Below are positions 6,711 through 10,779 of a DNA stretch of 10,779 bases, piece by piece. The first letter of the stretch is position 1. Every line of letters begins with the position of its first letter. This stretch comes from a virus. Its lineage: Duplodnaviria > Heunggongvirae > Uroviricota > Caudoviricetes. Under the pieces are notes generated by a model that made no database searches, had not been told where the DNA came from, and was given only the letters and a program-made list of their open reading frames with translations. The stretch lies in the IMG/VR virus record IMGVR_UViG_2690316099_000007; one strand, given 5' to 3'. The position numbers and the translations under genes are program-made.

Positions 6711-9490
6711 CCCGGCCTGCCGAAAACGCCCGCCGCCTGATGGGGCAGTTTGGTGACTCCATCCAGCGAACGCAGGGGGCGATCAAAAATCTCGAGCGTC
6801 AGGCGCGTTCATTTGAGCGCGCCCGTGACGCTGTCAGTAAAGCGGATGCGGGCATCGTGAAAGCACGACGCCAGCTTAACGCCCTTAATCAGTTACAACG
6901 CACGGGTACAGTGCTCAGCGAAAAACAACAAAAGCTGATGCAGCAGTTAAGCACCCGGCTTGAACGCCTGAATGAATCGCGCACACGGGAAATTCAGAAA
7001 ATGCGGGAACTTGGCGGAGAGCTGAAACGCCACGGCATTTCCCTGACAGGCAGCGATAACACCATCCAGCAGGCCATCAGACGCACCGGACAATACAACA
7101 ACCAGCTTGAACGCGAACGGCGGGCGCTTGCGCGTGTAACGCAGGCGCGTGAGCGGTATTCACGCGCGCAGGAAACAGCGGGAAAACTGAAAACAGGTGG
7201 TGCGCTGGCAACAGGTGCGGCGGCAGCGGGCGGCTATGCTGCCGGGCGTTTTTTGCAGCCCGCTATCGGGTTCGGGAAAGAGATGTCCCGTGTTCAGGCA
7301 CTGACGCGAATCGATAAAAACAGCCCGCAGTTTAAGGCGCTGCGTGAGCAGGCGTTAAAACTTGGCTCTGAAACGCAGTTCACCGCAGGCGATGCCGCCA
7401 GTGGACAGGCATTTCTTGCAATGGCTGGTTTCACACCGCAGGCCATTCAGGCTGCGCTTCCCGGCGTGCTGAGCATGGCAACGGCTGGCGGTATGGACCT
7501 CGGCGAGACGGCGGATATTGGTTCCAATATCCTGACGCAGTTCGGCCTCTCTGCTGACCAGATGGACCGGGTCGGTGACACACTTACCGCAGCGTTTACC
7601 CGTACCAACACTGACCTTCGCGCACTGGGCGAAACCATGAAATATGCAGGTCCGGTGGCGGGTAAGCTGGGAATATCGCTGGAGCAGGCCGCAGCGATGG
7701 CGGGCGTGCTGGCGAAGATGGGTATCAGGGGGAGTGATGCAGGTACAGCGTTGCGTAAAAGCCTGGCCAATCTGTCATCACCGCCAAAGGCAGCGGCAGA
7801 AGCACTGAAAGAGCTGGGGGTGTCAGTTGCTGACGCCAAAGGCAAAATGCGCCCGATGGAGAATGTGCTGGCCGATCTCTATAAAGCCACCCGCAAATAC
7901 GGGGAGGTTGACCGGGTATCGTTCTTTAAGGACATTGCCGGAGAAGAGGCTTTCACATCATTTATGGGCCTCGTTGATGCGGCAGGTGACGGCTTCTTAG
8001 CCAAACTGAGAAAAGAACTTGAAGGCGCGCGCGGTGAGGCAGAACGCACGGCAAAGGTTATGGCCAATAACCTTGATGGCAACCTGAAATCACTCGGCAG
8101 TGCATGGGAAGGTCTGCGTATTCGCATCAGTGATCTGGTTGACGGTCCGCTGCGTTCTGTCACGCAGTGGCTCACGCGGGTTGTCTCAAAGGTGACGGCG
8201 CTGGCGCAGGCCCACCCGGCACTGACGCGCCAGTTACTGATAGCGGGAGGCGCACTGCTGGCGACAACAGCAACGGTTGGTTCGTTGTCTCTGGTTATTG
8301 GGGTGCTTCACGGGAAGCTGGCTACGTTGCGTCTCGGTTTTTCTCTCCTGACCGAATCAATGAATGTTGTCAGGGTTCTGCCTGCATTATGGGGAATGGT
8401 GACGGGTTCCGTTTCTTTACTTGGTGGCGCTATCGGGGCGCTGTTCAGTCCGGTTAGTCTTATCGTGGCTGCGCTTGCCGGAGCTGCCGTTCTTATCTGG
8501 AAATACTGGGATCCCATCAGGGCATTTTTTGCCGGGGTGTTCAGCGGGATTATGGAAAGGCTGACCCCGTTGCGCGAAACCTTTGAACGGTTTGGCCCTG
8601 TTTTTGATGTCGTGCGCGATGGGATTATTCAGGTCTTTAACTGGTTTAAATCGCTGCTGTCACCGATGGAGTCCAGCAAGGAAACGCTGGATAAATGTGC
8701 CAGTGCTGGCGAGATATTCGGTAACGTTCTTGGCGGTGCGTTACAACTTGTTCTGACACCTGCAAAAATGCTACTGGATACGCTGGCGTGGATACTTGAA
8801 AAACTTGGCGTCCTTCCGGATGAAGCGGAAAGGGCGCGCAAGAAAATCGAAGACGCACAGCGTGCGGCCATTCTTCAGGACAAGGTTGCCTTGCTTCAGG
8901 GGAACCTGGCGAAAATCAATCCGCCGAAGCCTGTGGAAAATGGCAATGGCACCGGAGGTGATAAACCCAAAGACAACAAACCGCTCACAGACAGCAATAC
9001 CGGGACGCTACGCAGACTCAGCAAAATTGCTGATAACACAGGTAAGCTGGTTGATGAGACGAAAAAACGCATTGGCCCCGGCGATATTGTCTTTAAGAAC
9101 CTGCCCCGCGCACTTGCTGTTCGTGGGGAGTGGCAGGAGCGGAAGATTGCGCAGGTCAGTAAGCCTGCCCCCGCAATTAATATCACACCCGTGGTCCCGG
9201 CTCCGCTGCCTCCGGCGCTGGTCCCTGTTGTTGCGGCCAGCTCCCGCCCGGTGGCGNNNNNNNNNNNNNNNNNNGCGGAGGCCATACGCTCTCCAGTGGC
9301 ATCAGTTCCTGTAACTTCCCGTAACCGGGAGCCTGTTGCCTCCGGATTTGGTGGTGAAATTCATGTTCATCTGCATAACGTTGTTACGCAGAATCCCCGC
9401 GAACTGGCGAAACTGGTCGGTGAAATGGTCAGGGCAGAAATGGAACGGCGCGCCCGTGCCGGGCGTGGCAGTTTTTACGATAAAGATTGA
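6407..9490 (+). CDS. T: Tail tape measure protein (P2 gpT family); true start lies inside the mask 6411-6669
   Basis: Continuous frame from 6671 to TGA at 9488-9490, about 940 visible codons. Coiled-coil-like N-region (QLNALNQLQRTG..., ERERRALARV), a glycine/alanine-rich hydrophobic segment (LLIAGGALLATTATVGSLSLVIGVL...AALAGAAVLIWKYW) typical of tape measure proteins, and gene order E-T-U. Frame is maintained across the 18-nt mask at 9257-9274. Confidence 0.9.
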   Translation: MXXXXXXXXXXXXXXXXXXXXXXXXXXXXXXXXXXXXXXXXXXXXXXXXXXXXXXXXXXXXXXXXXXXXXXXXXXXXXXXXXXXXXXXLDIRVAFSAVDRLTRPAENARRLMGQFGDSIQRTQGAIKNLERQARSFERARDAVSKADAGIVKARRQLNALNQLQRTGTVLSEKQQKLMQQLSTRLERLNESRTREIQKMRELGGELKRHGISLTGSDNTIQQAIRRTGQYNNQLERERRALARVTQARERYSRAQETAGKLKTGGALATGAAAAGGYAAGRFLQPAIGFGKEMSRVQALTRIDKNSPQFKALREQALKLGSETQFTAGDAASGQAFLAMAGFTPQAIQAALPGVLSMATAGGMDLGETADIGSNILTQFGLSADQMDRVGDTLTAAFTRTNTDLRALGETMKYAGPVAGKLGISLEQAAAMAGVLAKMGIRGSDAGTALRKSLANLSSPPKAAAEALKELGVSVADAKGKMRPMENVLADLYKATRKYGEVDRVSFFKDIAGEEAFTSFMGLVDAAGDGFLAKLRKELEGARGEAERTAKVMANNLDGNLKSLGSAWEGLRIRISDLVDGPLRSVTQWLTRVVSKVTALAQAHPALTRQLLIAGGALLATTATVGSLSLVIGVLHGKLATLRLGFSLLTESMNVVRVLPALWGMVTGSVSLLGGAIGALFSPVSLIVAALAGAAVLIWKYWDPIRAFFAGVFSGIMERLTPLRETFERFGPVFDVVRDGIIQVFNWFKSLLSPMESSKETLDKCASAGEIFGNVLGGALQLVLTPAKMLLDTLAWILEKLGVLPDEAERARKKIEDAQRAAILQDKVALLQGNLAKINPPKPVENGNGTGGDKPKDNKPLTDSNTGTLRRLSKIADNTGKLVDETKKRIGPGDIVFKNLPRALAVRGEWQERKIAQVSKPAPAINITPVVPAPLPPALVPVVAASSRPVAXXXXXXAEAIRSPVASVPVTSRNREPVASGFGGEIHVHLHNVVTQNPRELAKLVGEMVRAEMERRARAGRGSFYDKD

Positions 9491-9502
9491 GGAGTCATGG
9501 CC

Positions 9503-9991
9503 ATGATGATGATCTACGGCATGTTTGTTTTTGAGCTGCGTACATTGCCGCATCAGCAGTTACAGCAAAACAAAAGCTGGCGGCATGTGAAAAATGAACG
9601 CGTTAACCGTTCGGCAAGCTGGCAGTATATCGGTGCAGGTGATGAGCGCATCGTTCTTTCTGGTGTGCTTTATCCTGAAATTACAGGTGGCGAAGTGTCG
9701 CTGTCGCTGCTGACCACGCAGGCGTATACAGGACGACCCTGGCCTCTGATTGATGGCGTCGGGCAGATTTACGGCATGTATGTCCTGACCGAAACGAATA
9801 CGACCCGCTCCGAGTTTGATCGCTACGGTAAGGCGAAAAAGATAGAATTTTCACTGACTCTTGAACGCTGTGATGAGGATTTGCGGGAGCGCCTGCAATC
9901 CTCATCGTTCAGCGATATGCTGTCCGGCTTCAAAGATAAGGTAACATCATCCCTTAACAGCGCGGCCAGTTCAGTTAAAGGGTTGTTCTGA
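9503..9991 (+). CDS. U: Tail protein gpU (P2 U family)
   Basis: GAGGAG Shine-Dalgarno at 9489-9494 is spaced 8 nt from the ATG at 9503, and only 2 nt from the alternative ATG at 9497. Product MMMIYGMFVFELRTLPHQQLQQNKSWRH... resembles the P2 gpU N-terminus (MMM...G.FVF...TLP) as recalled. Stop TGA at 9989-9991. Confidence 0.9.
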   Translation: MMMIYGMFVFELRTLPHQQLQQNKSWRHVKNERVNRSASWQYIGAGDERIVLSGVLYPEITGGEVSLSLLTTQAYTGRPWPLIDGVGQIYGMYVLTETNTTRSEFDRYGKAKKIEFSLTLERCDEDLRERLQSSSFSDMLSGFKDKVTSSLNSAASSVKGLF

Positions 9992-10002
9992 TTTAACACA
10001 AA

Positions 10003-10037
10003 AACCGCTAATGGTCAGATTAGCGGTTATTTTGTTT
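10003..10037. terminator. Bidirectional rho-independent terminator between the convergent U and invertase genes
   Basis: Seen in sequence: perfect stem ACCGCTAAT (10004-10012) / ATTAGCGGT (10019-10027), loop GGTCAG, flanked by an A-rich run upstream and TATTTTGTTT downstream. The invertase stop codon (10029-10027) lies in the stem. Confidence 0.6.
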
Positions 10038-10683
10038 CCTGACTCTTCTCTATTGTTCCGATTGATTCTCCTGCGGGGTGGTAACGATAAATCGTCGATA
10101 TACCAATGCCGTAAATTATTGCCAGTTGTTTTCTGTCGTGCCCGTTTTTGATCAGCCTTGCTATTTGCTCATGCTGTTCTTTTGTCAGCTTCGGTCGACG
10201 TCCNNNNNNNNNNNNNNNNNNNNNNNNNNNNNNNNNNNNNNNNNNNNNNNNNNNNNNNNNNNNNNNNNNNNNNNNNNNNNNNNNNNNNNNNNNNNNNNNN
10301 NNNNNNNNNNNNNNNNNNNNNNNNNNNNNNNNNNNNNNNNNNNNNNNNNNNNNNNNNNNNNNNNNNNNNNNNNNNNNNNNNNNNNNNNNNNNNNNNNNNN
10401 NNNNNNNNNNNNNNNNNNNNNNNNNNNNNNNNNNNNNNNNNNNNNNNNNNNNNNNNNNNNNNNNNNNNNNNNNNNNNNNNNNNNNNNNNNNNNNNNNNNN
10501 NNNNNNNNNNNNNNNNNNNNNNNNNNNNNNNNNNNNNNNNNNNNNNNNNNNNNNNNNNNNNNNNNNNNNNNNNNNNNNNNNNNNNNNNNNNNNNNNNNNN
10601 NNNNNNNNNNNNNNNNNNNNNNNNNNNNNNNNNNNNNNNGTATTCTGGTCATTTGTTGATACCCTTACATAGCCAATCAGCAC
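10027..10683 (-). CDS. Serine DNA invertase, Gin/Pin/Cin/Hin family (catalytic core masked)
   Basis: N-terminus from a GTG start at 10683 reads (M)LIGYVRVSTNDQN, the Gin/Pin N-terminal signature with the catalytic Ser in VRVS. C-terminal HTH region GRRPKLTKEQHEQIARLIKNGHDRKQLAIIYGIGISTIYRYHPA closely matches the Hin/Pin DNA-binding domain as recalled. GGGAGA Shine-Dalgarno 6 nt upstream. Middle 436 nt masked but frame is conserved across it. Confidence 0.9.
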   Translation of the reverse strand: MLIGYVRVSTNDQNXXXXXXXXXXXXXXXXXXXXXXXXXXXXXXXXXXXXXXXXXXXXXXXXXXXXXXXXXXXXXXXXXXXXXXXXXXXXXXXXXXXXXXXXXXXXXXXXXXXXXXXXXXXXXXXXXXXXXXXXXXXXXXXXXXXXXXXXXXXXXXXXXXGRRPKLTKEQHEQIARLIKNGHDRKQLAIIYGIGISTIYRYHPAGESIGTIEKSQETK

Positions 10684-10737
10684 GCTGAATCTCCCGTCCA
10701 AAAGCGCAAATCATGCCATGCAGGCCGGAAACGGCCA

Positions 10738-10764
10738 TTATCTAAAACTGAGGTAGCCTGAGTT
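10738..10764. promoter_or_regulatory. Candidate invertase crossover site or promoter-operator (gix/hix-like half-site plus imperfect palindrome), truncated by window end
   Basis: Seen in sequence: TTATCTAAAAC (10738-10748) matches 10 of 11 positions of the recalled gix/hix half-site TTATC(C/A)AAAAC and lies about 55 bp upstream of the invertase start, where gixR sits relative to gin in Mu. It overlaps an imperfect dyad AAACTGAGG-TAG-CCTGAGTTT (10744-10764). The second half of a canonical 26-bp site is not clearly present. Confidence 0.25.
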
Positions 10765-10779
10765 TAACGGACACTCCTT

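Noticed and set aside
4145-10030. Inverted repeats flanking the FI-U block that would prove invertase-mediated inversion
   Set aside because: Only short shared 7-mers (ATTTAAC, TTTTTGT) were found at the two junctions, which is within chance expectation. The inversion hypothesis rests on gene order alone.
597-10639. N runs as biological low-complexity sequence or assembly gaps marking element boundaries
   Set aside because: They cut through the middle of conserved genes (invertase, T, E, gpD) with frame largely preserved, so they are masking rather than real features. No CRISPR array, tRNA or rRNA was seen in the unmasked sequence.

Overview
About a quarter of this window is N-masked (ten runs, roughly 2.6 kb), so several gene ends and most of the left-hand cargo cannot be read. 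What is visible is a P2-like contractile-tail module next to a compositionally foreign block and a toxin-antitoxin locus. On the + strand: tail sheath FI (4302-5486), tail tube FII (5486-5998), tail chaperone E with a TTTTTTG -1 frameshift site giving E+E' (6053-6710), tape measure T (ending 9490) and tail protein U (9503-9991). Synteny is non-canonical: the gpD homolog sits upstream of FI on the opposite strand (3041-4144, 3' end masked) rather than after U. A Gin/Pin/Cin/Hin-family serine DNA invertase (10027-10683, minus) converges on U across a bidirectional terminator, with a candidate recombination half-site at the window edge. Left of gpD lies an AT-rich, mostly masked block (about 597-3040) with at least one minus-strand gene of unrecognised function; this is the best candidate for an undescribed accessory or defence system, but its function cannot be assigned from the visible fragments. 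Further left is a hok/mok/sok-type type I toxin-antitoxin locus (Hok-like 46-aa toxin at 162-302, minus) that the ORF track missed because it is under 60 aa. All family assignments are from recalled motifs, not database searches.
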